This document shows positions 1 through 11,118 of a stretch of 64,000 nt of DNA, one piece after another. The DNA lies in assembly GCA_038087875.1 (NCBI GenBank), contig CM075987.1:17114001-17178000 (forward strand), written 5' to 3'. The translations under genes and the position numbers were made by a program. This stretch comes from Malacoraja senta (Eukaryota). The number at the start of each line of letters is the position of its first letter. Position 1 is the stretch's first letter. The notes beneath the pieces were generated by a model that worked only from the letters and a program-made list of their open reading frames with translations, was not told the DNA's origin and made no database searches.

Positions 1-305
1 TTTGCTTATTTATGGTATGACATTTTTGGATATTTTGAAGCTATATTCTTTATAGGTTTTACAGTGAGGTCAATTAGTGTTGAATGTAGAACAGTATTGT
101 AAGGGAACGGGCCCTTCAGCCTACCATGCTTTGCAGATCTTTATGCCTGCCTGTGAACTTTATCTCTCTGTTCCCTGCCTGCTCATGTGCCTGCCACTGC
201 CATCAAATCAGTTTTCACCACTTCCCCTTGCATTGAGTTGCAGGCAAACTCTATTAAAAAAAATCGCCACATATATATATTCTTTAAACTTCCCCCCCCT
301 TCCCC

Positions 306-815
306 ATGCTAATGGCATGTTGGCCTTCATAACAACAGCAGTTGAGTATTGGAGCAGAGGCCCTTCTGCAGTTGCACAAGGCCCTTGTGAATCCACACCT
401 GGAGTATTGATGTGCAGTATTGGTCTCCAAATTTGAGGAAGAACATTCTTGCTATTGAGGGAGTACAGCGTAGGTTCACGAGGTTAATTCCCTGGATGGC
501 GGGACTGTCATATGTTGATAGAATGGAGCGGCTGGGCTTGTATACTCTGGAATTTAGAAGGATGAGAGGGAATCTTATTCAAACATATAAGATTATTAAG
601 GAATTGGACACACTAGAGGCAGGAAACATGTTCCCGATGTTGAGGGAGTCCAGAACCAGGGGCCACAGTTTAAGAATAAGGGGTAAGCCATTTAGAACGG
701 AGATGAGGAAAACCTTTGTGGTACTGATTGTAAATGATCAGCCAAGATCATATTGAATGGCAGTGCTGGCTCGAACGGCTGAATGGCCTACTCCTGCACC
801 AATTGTCTACTGTAT
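306..815 (+). mobile_element. CR1-clade LINE (HER1-like), 5'-truncated 3' fragment
   Basis: Frameshifted ORF2 C-terminus (ANGMLAFI.., [37 protein letters not shown]) followed by the 3' UTR motif gaatggcctactcctgcacc seen at many other copies. Confidence 0.85.
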
Positions 816-978
816 CTCACCTTAAGGTGATTCCCCTAGTATTTAACATTGCCATGCTGGGACAAAAAGATTATGACCGTCTACCTTATCTATGCCTCTT
901 GTAATTTAATAAACATCTATCAGATCATCCCTCAGTCTTCAACACTCCAGAGAAAACAATTAGCGTTTGTCTAACCTT

Positions 979-1873
979 TCCTGATAGAAACATAGTAAAT
1001 AGGTGCAGGAGTAGGCCATTCGGCCCTTCGAGCCTGCACCGCCATTCAATATAATCATGGCTGATCATCCAACTCAGGAAGAAACCTGCCTTCTCTCCAT
1101 ACCCCCTGATCCCTTTAGCCACAAGGGCCACATCTAACTCCCTCTTAAATATAGCCAATGAACTGGCCTCAACTACCCTCTGTGGCAGAGAGTTCCAGAG
1201 ATTCACCACTCTCTGTGTGAAAAATGTTTTTCTCATCTCGGTCCTAAAAGATTTCCCCCTTATCCTTAAACTGTGACCCCTTGTTCTGGACTTCCCCAAC
1301 ATCGGGAACAATCTTTCTGCATCTAGCCTGTCCAACCCCTTAAGAATTTTGTAAGTATCTATAAGATCCCCCCTCAATCTTCTAAATTCTAGCAAGTACA
1401 AGCAGAGTCTATCCAGTCTTTCTTCATATGAAAGTCCTGACATCCCAGGAATCAGTCTGGTGAACCTTCTCTGTACTCCCTCTATGGCAAGAATGTCTTT
1501 CCACAGATTTGGAGACCAAAACTGTACGCAATACTCCAGGTGTGGTCTCACCAAGACCCTGTACAACTGCAGTAGAACCTCCCTGCTCCTATACTCAAAT
1601 CCTTTTGCTATGAATGCGAACATACCATTCGCTTTCTTCACTGCCTGCTGCACCTGCATGCCTACTTTCAATGACTGGTGTACCATGACACCCAGGTCTC
1701 GTTGCATCTCCCCTTTTCCTAATCGGCCACCATTCAGATAATAGTCTACGTTCCTGTTTTTGCCACCAACGTGGATAACCTCACATTTATCCACATTATA
1801 CTGCATCTGCCATGCATTTGCCCACTCACCCAGCCTATCCAAGTCAACTTGCAGCCTCCTAGCATCCTGATAG
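979..1873 (-). mobile_element. Young 5'-truncated CR1 LINE inserted into an older CR1 fragment, with 9-bp TSD
   Basis: Open ORF2 C-terminal frame ([38 protein letters not shown]). tcctgatag occurs at 979-987 and 1865-1873. Older minus-strand CR1 sequence continues on both sides (~830-978 and ~1874-2165). Confidence 0.85.
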
Positions 1874-2338
1874 TTAACACCTTCTAATCCAGGCATCATT
1901 CTTGTAAACCTCTTCTGCACCCTCCAAAGCCTGCACATACTTCGTATAATAGAATTGCATGCAAAACCCTAAATACAGAATCATCAACGTTTTATACAGG
2001 CAAAACATGACTTGCTGACTCTTATACACAATGCTGTACAACTATTTATCACTCCATCCCCTTATGTGTCCACTTTCAGGAAGATATGGACTTGGACCCC
2101 AAGATCTCTCTGTTCATCAATCCCCAGGGTCCTACAATTTACTTTCCTCTTACATTTGATCTCCGAGTGCATTTAATAAAGACCCTCGGTGACTTGGTCA
2201 CTGGATTTGGAACAATTTCACTCACAGCTCTTTGCATAGATAGAATGGTAAAGAATGCGTAAGATATGTAGACACAAGGTACTGCAGATGTTCTTTACAA
2301 AAATGATACAAATTGTTGGAGTAGCTCAGTGGATCAGG

Positions 2339-3388
2339 CAGCGTTGCCAAGTAGTACGGATTTTCCATATTTTGTACAGAAATGCGATAAGAATACAGAT
2401 GTACGGTTTTGTGTTGTTAAATACGGATTTTAAATATGGAGTTCAGTTCAGTCTGAAGAAGGGTCTCGAACAGAAACGTCACCCATTCCTTCTCTCCAGA
2501 GTCATTGCCTGTCCCGCTCCAGGTTTAAACAGACCACTGTCAGCTTAACGGGTGGGAATTTAAACGAGCTGTCGGCTGTGCGCTGTGGGTTCTAAATATA
2601 GCTCTACTGGCTGCAGCGCTATGGGCTTTACACATAGCACTAGGGCCACAGCGCTATGGGTCACAGACTGTTCAGGAACATTCTCGTATAACAATGAGTC
2701 TTTGGAATTCTCTTTGAGCCTTTGATTATTTTTCAGGCAGTGGTAGAATTCCGGATAAGCCTAGTGGTGAAAGGTTACCAGTGGGATTGCAGTTACATTG
2801 GGATTGGCCTTGATTTTACAGAACGGTGGGTGGGCTCAAGGGGGAGAGGGAGGGGAGGGGTGGAGAGGGGAGGGAGAGAGTGAGAAGGAGAGAGGGAGAG
2901 AATAAGAGGGAGGGAGAAAGAAAGGGAGGAGAGAGGGAGGGCGGGAGAGAAAGAGGGGGAGGGAGGGAGAGAGAGGGAGGGAGGAAGGGGGTGGAGAAAG
3001 GGAGGGAGGGAGAGGGATGGAGAAAGGGAGGGAGGGAGAGGGATGGAGAGGGGGGGGTGAGAGAGAGAGAGCGAGGGAGGGAGAGGGAGGCTTCCAAAAT
3101 GGCTTCTACATCATCATCTGGTGCTAAAAGTAGGAAGCAGCCGTTCAAACAGAAGTATACAAAGAGATGGCAATGAATGCACTGTCAAGTAAGGTGCATA
3201 GAAGACATGTCAATTGGTAGCAAAGTTATGCATTCTTGTACACTTACATGGTATGATCACAAATAATTTTTTTGTGAAAATTCAGCAAAATGGTGTAAAT
3301 TCAGTGTAAAAATACTGATTTCCTCAGCAAAATACTGATTTTCAGGTACTAGAATACTGAAATGCTCTGAAAAAACTTGGCAGCTCTG
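2339..3388. mobile_element. Non-autonomous DNA transposon (hAT-like MITE) inserted in a Penelope-derived short repeat
   Basis: Imperfect TIRs: cagcgttgccaagt (2339) vs revcomp of acttggcagctctg (ends 3388), 12/14 match. Subterminal tacggattt / aatactgattt repeats. Approximate 8-bp duplication atcaggca / gtcaggca overlapping the left end. Host repeat resumes after the element. Confidence 0.55.
2835..3090. repeat. Polypurine (GA-rich) low-complexity tract
   Basis: Near-pure G/A run of gggag/gagag motifs. Confidence 0.9.
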
Positions 3389-3571
3389 GTCAGGCAGCAT
3401 CTCTGGAGAACATGGAAAAGTGATGTTTTGGGTTGGGACCATTCAATCAAGCTGATCCATCTTTGCCTCTCAGCCCCATTTTCCCGCCTTCTCCCCGTAA
3501 CTTATTACAACCTTACCCCTGCAATGTCCAAGTCATTTATCTACATCACACACTACAGAGGTCCCAGCACA

Positions 3572-4793
3572 GAGGACAAGGGAGAGCCAGTGGATGTAGT
3601 GTACCTGGACTTTCAGAAAGCATTTGATAAGGTCCCACATAGGAGATTAGTGGGCAAAACTAGGGCACATGGTATTGGGGGTAGAGTGCTGACATGGATA
3701 GAGAAGTGGTTGGCAGACAGGAAACAAAGAGTAGGGATTAACGGGTCCCTTTCAGAATGGCAGGCAATGACTAGTGGGGTACTGCAAGGCTCGGTACTGG
3801 GACCGCAGCTATTTACAATATACATCAATGATTTGGATGAAGGGATTCAAAGTAACATTAGCAAATTTGCAGATGACACAAAGCTGGGTGGCAGTGTGAA
3901 CTGTGAAGGAGGATGCTATAAGAATGCAGGGTGACTTGGACAGGTTGGGGGAGTGGGCAGGTGCATGGCAGATGAAGTTTAATGCGGATAAATGTGAGGT
4001 TATCCACTTTGGTAGCAAAAACAGGAAGGCTGATTACTATCTAAATGGCGTCAAGTTGGGGAAAAGGGGAAGTACAATGGGATCTGGGGGTCCTTGTACA
4101 TCAGTCTATGAAAGTAAGCATGCAGGTACAGCAGGCAGTGAAGAAAGCGAATGGCATGTTGGCCTTTATAACCAGAGGAATCGAATATAGGAGCAAAGAG
4201 GTCCTTCTGCAGTTGTACAGAGCCCTAGTGAGACCACGCCTGGAGTATTGTGTGCAGTTTTGGTCCCCTAATTTGTGGAAGGACATTCTTGCTATTGAGG
4301 GAGTGCAGCGTAGGTTTACAAGGTTAATTCCTGGGATGGCGGGACTGTTATATGCTGAGAGAATGGAGCAGCTGGGCTTGTACACTCTGGAGTTTAGAAG
4401 GATGAGTGGGGATCTCATTGAAACATATAAGATTGTTAAGGGCTTGTACACGCTAGAGGCAGGAAACATGTTCCCGATATTGGGGGAGTCCAGAACCAGG
4501 AGCCACAGTTTAAAAATAAGGAATAAGCCATTTAGAATGGAGACGAGGAAACACTTTTTCTCACAGAGAGTGGTGAGTCTGTGGAATTCTCTGCTTCAGA
4601 GGGCGGTGGAGGCAGGTTCTCTGGATGCTTTCAAGAGAGAGCTAGATAGGGCTCTTAAAAATAGCGGAGTCAGGGGATATGGGGAGAAGGCAGGAACGGG
4701 GTACTGATTGGGGATGATCAGCCATGATCACATTGAATGCCGGTGCTGGCTCGAAGGGCCCGAATGGCCTACTCCTGCACCTATTGTCTATTG
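3572..4793 (+). mobile_element. CR1 LINE 3' part (RT domain to 3' tail), frameshifted
   Basis: [35 protein letters not shown] and GYGEKAGTGY* motifs across frames; tail ctattgtctattg. Confidence 0.9.
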
Positions 4794-6510
4794 ACACAAA
4801 GGTGGGGGGACCAGTGTAGAGAAAGCATGGACTCTGCAGACGACTTGGGACAGGTTGGGAATTGGGCAGAGAAGTGGCAGATGGAATACAGCTTAGCAAC
4901 GTGTGCAGTAGTGCACATTGATAGTAGGAATAAAAGTATAGACTATTTTCAAAATGGGGAGAGGATTCAGAAAATGGTGGTGCAAAATGATTTGGTAATG
5001 CTAGTGCAGGGTACCCAAAGGGTTAATTTGTAGAGAAGGCAAATCCAATGTTAGCTTTCATTTTGAGATGACCAGAATATGGAAGCAGCGGTGTAATGCT
5101 GAGGCTTTATAAGGCACTCGTTTGGAGTATTGTCAGCCACGTTCAACGAACTATGCACCTGCACTCCTAGATCCCTCTGCTCTCCAACACTACCCAGAGC
5201 CCTACCATTCACTGTGTAGGTCCTGCCCATGTTAGACTTCCCAAAATGCAACACCTCACATTTCTCTGCATTAAACTCCCATCAACCATTCCTCAGCCCA
5301 CCTGGCCAATCCATCAGGATCCTGCTGCAATCTTTCACAACCATCTTCACTATCTGTAAAACCACCCACTTTTGTATCATCAGCACACTTGCTAATCTTG
5401 CCCTGTATGTACAGTAATGGGCCCAGCACCGAACCCTGAGGCACACCACTAATCACAGGCCTCCAGTCCGAGAAGCAACCTTCCACCATCACCCTCTGCT
5501 TCCTTCCATGAAGCCAAATTATCCATTCAGCTGTCTCTCCTTGGACCTCATGTAATCTAATCTCCCAGAGCAGCCTACCATGCGGAACCTTGTCGAATGC
5601 TTTGCTGAAGTCCCTATATACAACATCTGCATCCCAGCCCTCATCGACATTTTTGGTCATGTCTTCAAAAAATGCAATCAGATTTGTGAGACATGACCTC
5701 CCACGTACAAACCCATGCTGATGATCAATAATCAACCCTTGAACCAGCAGAGAGGTCCACTACTCACAGACTGAATCTGAATATTGTCCTTCTACCACAA
5801 CGCTCTGTTTTCCACCAGTAAACCCGTTCTCAATCCACATGACCAAGTCATTTAATCCCTTGCATCTTCTGGATCAGCCTACCATGGGCGACTTTATCAG
5901 TGCCTTACTAAAATCCATGTAGACCACATCCATCTCCTTACCCTCATCGATCACCTTCGTAGCCACCTCAAAAAAACTCCATCAAATTAGTAAGACGCAA
6001 CCTGCCATGTACAAATCCATGCTGTCTCTCCAAAATTAACCCATTCTCTTCCTAATGCGACTAAATCCTATCCCGAAGAATCCCCTCCAATAGCTTCCCT
6101 ACTACTGCATTAGGTTCATCAGCGATAATTCCCTGGATCTCTCTACTCCCCTTCTTAAGCAAAGTAACATCATCAGCTACTCTCCGGTCCTCTGGGACCT
6201 TGCCTTTTGCTAAAGAAGACATAAAGATCTTCGTCATGGCTCCTGCAATCTCCTCTTGCCTCTCTCAATCATCTTTCATAGATCCCATCGGGCTCTGGGG
6301 ATTTATCCACCTGAATACTCTTCAAGAGCCCAAATACCACATCCTCCTTTACAAACTCTCATTGCATAGTGGTATTCTCCACACTCATCTCGCTTTTCAT
6401 CTTGGTAAAAACAGATGCAAAGTACTCAGTTAGTACCTCACCTACATCCCATGACTCCAAGCACAAATTCCCTCCTTTATCCTTGTGCGGTCCTCCTACC
6501 TTCTCCCAGG
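4794..6510. mobile_element. Cluster of degenerate CR1 LINE fragments (both strands)
   Basis: RT motifs such as [26 protein letters not shown] and [10 protein letters not shown] on the minus strand (5271-5735); plus-strand fragment 4794-5130. Confidence 0.75.
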
Positions 6511-6519
6511 TTGATTTGA

Positions 6520-9500
6520 ATGTAGATATGGTGCAAATGGTGCAAGGGGGAGGGATTCAAATTTCATGGGCATTGGAACCAGTTCTGGGGGAGGTGGGAC
6601 CAGTACAAACAGGACGGTCTGCACCTGGGCTGGAATGGAACCAATGTCCTTGGGGGAGTGTTTGCTAGTGTTGTCGGGGAGGATTTAAACTAATGTGGCA
6701 GGGGAATGGGAGCATGAGTAGACAGACAGGGGGGGGGGGGGGAAATGAGGGTAGAAGCAACAGGTAGCAAGGTGAAAAGTAAAAGTGGCAGGCAGAAAAA
6801 TCCAGGGCAAATATCAAAAAGGGCCACTTTTCAACCTAATTGTATAAGGGGTAAGAGTGTTGTAAAAACAAGCCTGAAGGCTTTGTGTCTCAATGCAAGG
6901 AGCATTCGTAATAAGGTGGATGAGTTGAATGTGCAGATAGTTATTAATGAATATGATATAGTTGGGATCACGGAGACATGGCTCCAGGGTGACCAAGGCA
7001 GGGAGCTGAACATCCAGGGATATTCAATATTCAGGAGGGATAGACAGAAAGGAAAAGGTGGCGTAGCGTTGCTGGTTAGAGAGGAAATTAATGCAATAGA
7101 AAGGAAGGACATTAGCTTGGAGGATGTGGAATCGATATGGGTAGAGCTGCGAAACACTAAGGGGCAGAAAACGCTAGTGGGAGTTGTGTACAGGCCACCT
7201 AACAGTAGTAGTGGAGTTGGGGATGGCATCAAACAGGAAATTAGAAATGCGTGCAACAAAGGTAAAACAGTTATAATGGTGACTTCAATCTACATATAGA
7301 TTGGGTGAATCAAATTGGCAGGGGTGCTGAGGAAGAGGATTTGTTGGAATGTATGTGGGATAGTTTTCTAAACCAACATGTAGAGGAACCAAAGAGAGAA
7401 CAGGCTATTCTAGACTGGGTATTGAGTAATCAGGAAGGGTTGGTTAGCAGTCTTGTTGTGCGTGGCCCCTTGGGCAAGAGTGACCATAATATGGTTGAGT
7501 TCTTCATTAGGATGGAGAGTGACATTGTTAATTCAGAAACAAGGGTTCTGAACTTATAGAAGGGTAACTTTGAGGGTATGAGACGTGAATTGGCCAAGAT
7601 AGACTGGCAAGTGATTCTTAAAGGGTTGACGGTGGATATGCAATGGAAGGCATTTAAAGACTGCATGGATGAACTACAACTATTGTTCATCCCAGTTTGG
7701 CAAAAGAATAAATCAGGGAAGGTAGCGCATCCGTGGATAACAAGGGAAATCAGGGATAGTATCAAAACAAAAGATGATGCATACAAATTAGCCAGAAAAA
7801 GCAGTCTACCAGAGGACTGGGGGAAATTCAGTCCAGCAGAGGAGGACAAAGGGCTTAATTAGGAAAGGGAAAATAGATTATGAAAAAAACCTGGCAGGGA
7901 ACATAAAAACTGACTGCAAATGTTTTTATAGATATGTGAAGAGAAAAAGATTAGTTAAAACAAATGTAGGTCTCTTGCAGTCAGAAACTGGTGAATTGAT
8001 CATGGGGAACAAGGATATGGCAGACCAATTGAATAACTACCTTGGTTCTGTCTTCACTAAGGAAGACATAAATAATCTGCCGGAAATAGCAGAGGACCGG
8101 GGGTCAGATGAGATGGAGGAACTGAGTGAAATCCCGGTTAGCCGGGAAGTGGTGTTAGGTAAATTGAATGGATTAAAGGCCGATAAATCCCCAGGGCTAG
8201 ACAGGTTGCATCCCAGAATACTTAAGGAAGTAGCCTCAGAAATAGTGGATGCATTAGTGATAATTTTTCAGAACTCTTTAGATTCTGGAGTACTTCCTGA
8301 GGATTGGAGGGGAGCTAATGTAACCCCACTTTTTAAAAAGGGAGGGAGAGAGAAAACGGGGAATTACAGACCAGTTAGTCTAACATCGGTAGTGGGGAAA
8401 ATGCTAGAGTCAGTTATTAAAGATGGGATAGCAGCACATTTGGAAAGTGGTGAAATCATTGGACAAAGTCAGCATGGATTTATGAAAGGTAAATCATGTC
8501 TGACGAATCTTATAGAATTTCTCGAGGATGTAAATAGTAGAGTGGATAAGGGAGAACCAGTGGATGTGTTATATCTGGACTTTCAGAAGGCTTTCGACAA
8601 GGTCCCACATAAGAGATTAGTATGCAAACTTAAAGCACACGGTATTGGGGGTTCAGTATTGATGTGGATAGAGAACTGGCTGGCAGACAGGAAGGAAGCA
8701 AAGAGTAGGAGTTAACGGGTCCTTTTCAGAATGGCAGGCAGTGACTAGTGGGGTATCGTAGGGCTCAGTGCTGGGACCCCAGCTATTTACAATATATATT
8801 AATGAACTGGATGAGGGAATTGAATGCAACATCTCCAAGTTTGCGGATGACACGAAGCTGGGGGGCAGTGTTAGCTGTGAGGAGGGTGCTGGGAGGCTGC
8901 AAGGTGACTTGGATAGGTGGGTGAGTGGGCAAATGCATGGCAGATGCAGTATAATGTGGATAAATGTGAGGTTATCCACTTTGGTGGCAAAAACAGGAAA
9001 GTAGACTATTATCTGAATGGTGGCCGATTAGGAAAAGGGGAGATGCAACGAGACCTGGGTGTCATGGTACACCAGTCATTGAAAGTAGGCATGCAGGTGC
9101 AGCAGGCAGTGAAGAAAGCGAATGGTATGTTAGCGTTCATAGCAAAAGGATTTGAGTATAGGAGCAGGGAGGTTCTACTGCAGTTGTACAGGGTCTTGGT
9201 GAGACCACACCTGGAGTATTGCGTACAGTTTTGGTCTCCTAATCTGAGGAAGGACATTCTTGCCATAGAGGGAGTACAGAGAAGGTTCACCAGACTGATT
9301 CCTGGGATGGCAGGACTTTCATATGAGAAAAGACTGGATAGACTTGGCTTGTACTCGCTAGAAATTAGAAGATTGAGGGGGGATCTTATAGAAACTTACA
9401 AGATTCTTAAGGGGTTGGACAGGCTAGATGCAGGAAGATTGTTCCCGATGTTGGGGAAGTCCAGAACAAGGTTTCACAGTTTAAGGATAAGGGGGAAGTC

Positions 9501-9557
9501 TTTTAGGACCGAGATGGGAAAATCATTTTTCACACAGAGAGTGGTGAATCTGGAATT
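6520..9557 (+). mobile_element. Long CR1 LINE: end of esterase-type ORF1 plus near-complete ORF2 (AP endonuclease + RT), disrupted; interrupted by DIRS element
   Basis: ORF1 end reads WNQFWGRWDQYKQDGLHLGWNG (SGNH-esterase-like DxxH motif). Endonuclease motifs: CLNARSIRNK, GITETWL, VYRPP, LGKSDHN. RT motifs: KSPG, NYRPVSLT, QHGF..KSCLTNL, FADD. Several frameshifts and stops. Confidence 0.92.
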
Positions 9558-9564
9558 TTACTTC

Positions 9565-9616
9565 GGAGTCACGTTAGTGACTACGTGAAGAACCCCGTCA
9601 GGGCGCATGCGCGTCA
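9565..9616 (+). repeat. DIRS left inverted terminal repeat
   Basis: ggagtcacgttagtgactacgtgaagaaccccgtcagggcgcatgcgcgtca is the reverse complement of 14265-14316 with 4 mismatches in 52 bp. Confidence 0.9.
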
Positions 9617-9765
9617 TTACGTCTGACGCATTGGCGACAACGGCAGCAGGAGCACGGACCTCCTGCTGCAGGTGAGTAATTACAGCTCCACCAAAGTCGG
9701 GGAGACTTTGGAGGAGTTAGAGAAAAGTAAAGAAAGTGTTTCTGTGTGTTTTTTCCCCCACATAC

Positions 9766-11025
9766 ATGAATAAGGAAAAGGTGCAGGCTGCTGCCGACAG
9801 AGAGAGAGCTGCGGGAGCGCAGTCTCTGAAAGGCAGCCTGTCATCTCGGGGGAGTCGCAAGCCGGTAGCGGTGCGGCGACAGACTTGGCAAAGTGCCCAG
9901 CCGGGTACACAGCCAACGCCAGTCGGGCGGTCGGCATAACCCAAGTCAGTAAGGGCTATAGACTCCGCAGAGTCGGGCCACGAGAGTCCCGTCGGGGACA
10001 GGATACCGTTCCCCAGCGGTTATCCAAAAGGAGCAGCTCATATAGGGGCTGCTCCACAGAGACGCTCCAGGAGGAGTAATGCAGGAGGGAAGCCATAGAG
10101 AAGGCTCCGCTGGCAGTGCCTAGGAGAGGTCTGCTTCATAAAGCCACACTCCAGGAGGAGTAGTGCAGGCGGGAAGCCATAGAGAAGGCTCCGCTGGCAG
10201 TGCCTAGGAGAGGTCTGCTTCATAAAGCCATACTCCAGGAGGAGTTGTGCAGGCGGGAGGCCGTGGGGACGGCTCCGCTGGCAGTGCCTAGTAGAGGCCC
10301 GCTTGAAAGCACCCTCTTTGCAAGAGGTGAGTGCAGAAGGGCAGATACGCTCTGACCCTGAGTCCGACGACTTCCAAAGGGAGGGCAGGCAGCTGCCAGA
10401 GCTGACACCGTGTGCAGCACGGTTTGCCATGTCGTCGGACGCTGGTGAGCCTCTGGGTGAGGAACTTGCCACCAGCATAAATTACCAAGTCTCACATCAG
10501 CTACAGGAGCTGACAATGGATGAGACAGTAACGAAGTATGAAGCCCCAATCAACTGTGGACTGTTAAAAGTTCCTGTTGGGAACAGGAAGAATTGGGGCA
10601 AGATGGGCATACTCATGAAAGCCCAGGAGCATGTGAAGCTCCAGCATATTTTTAAAGTTGCTGGCATCTGGTATAACGAGCTTTGCCAGGATGGTAGATG
10701 GAGAGGCAATGACAAATTACAACCAAAGGCGCTATTGTGGAGTGCCCACTTTGAGATCAACTGCCTCCGCAAGACTGCGATTAGACCAACCATCAATGCT
10801 AAATATGCTTCACTCTGCCAGCCTGGCACAGTGCAACCGGCACAGCTGTTTGGCGAAGATTTCGCACAGCAGGTGAAGGAGCTGGAGGAGGAGGCTAAGA
10901 CGGCAGCCACATATTCACCAAAGCGGAAGTATCCCTATAAGGGAGTAGACTGGTCCGGGCAAGGGACGAGTCCAGCTACGATGCAGCGCAGTTGGCGTTC
11001 GGCTGTAGCACCGCCACGGAGGTGA
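9766..11025 (+). pseudogene. DIRS ORF1 (gag-like), disrupted
   Basis: Position between the left ITR and RT; ATG at 9766. Surviving frame 10303-11025 (YEAPINCGLLKVP.., EINCLRKTAIRPTINAKYASLC..LFGED) resembles DIRS ORF1-type sequence. Upstream part has stops. Confidence 0.6.
10065..10298. repeat. 84-bp tandem repeat (about 2.8 copies) within DIRS ORF1
   Basis: ctccaggaggag recurs at 10065, 10149 and 10233. Confidence 0.9.
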
Positions 11026-11118
11026 GATATCCAGCTCAAGGCCGGGGAAGAATGCCAGGTGGTAAGGAGGTAAGAGGGTCTGGTTCTCATGTAGACAGAT
11101 CTAATGTGATACAATTAA

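Noticed and set aside
925..1938. 337-aa RT-like ORF as a host gene
   Set aside because: Chance in-frame fusion of an old CR1 fragment, a younger inserted CR1 and its 3' UTR; a TSD marks the junctions.
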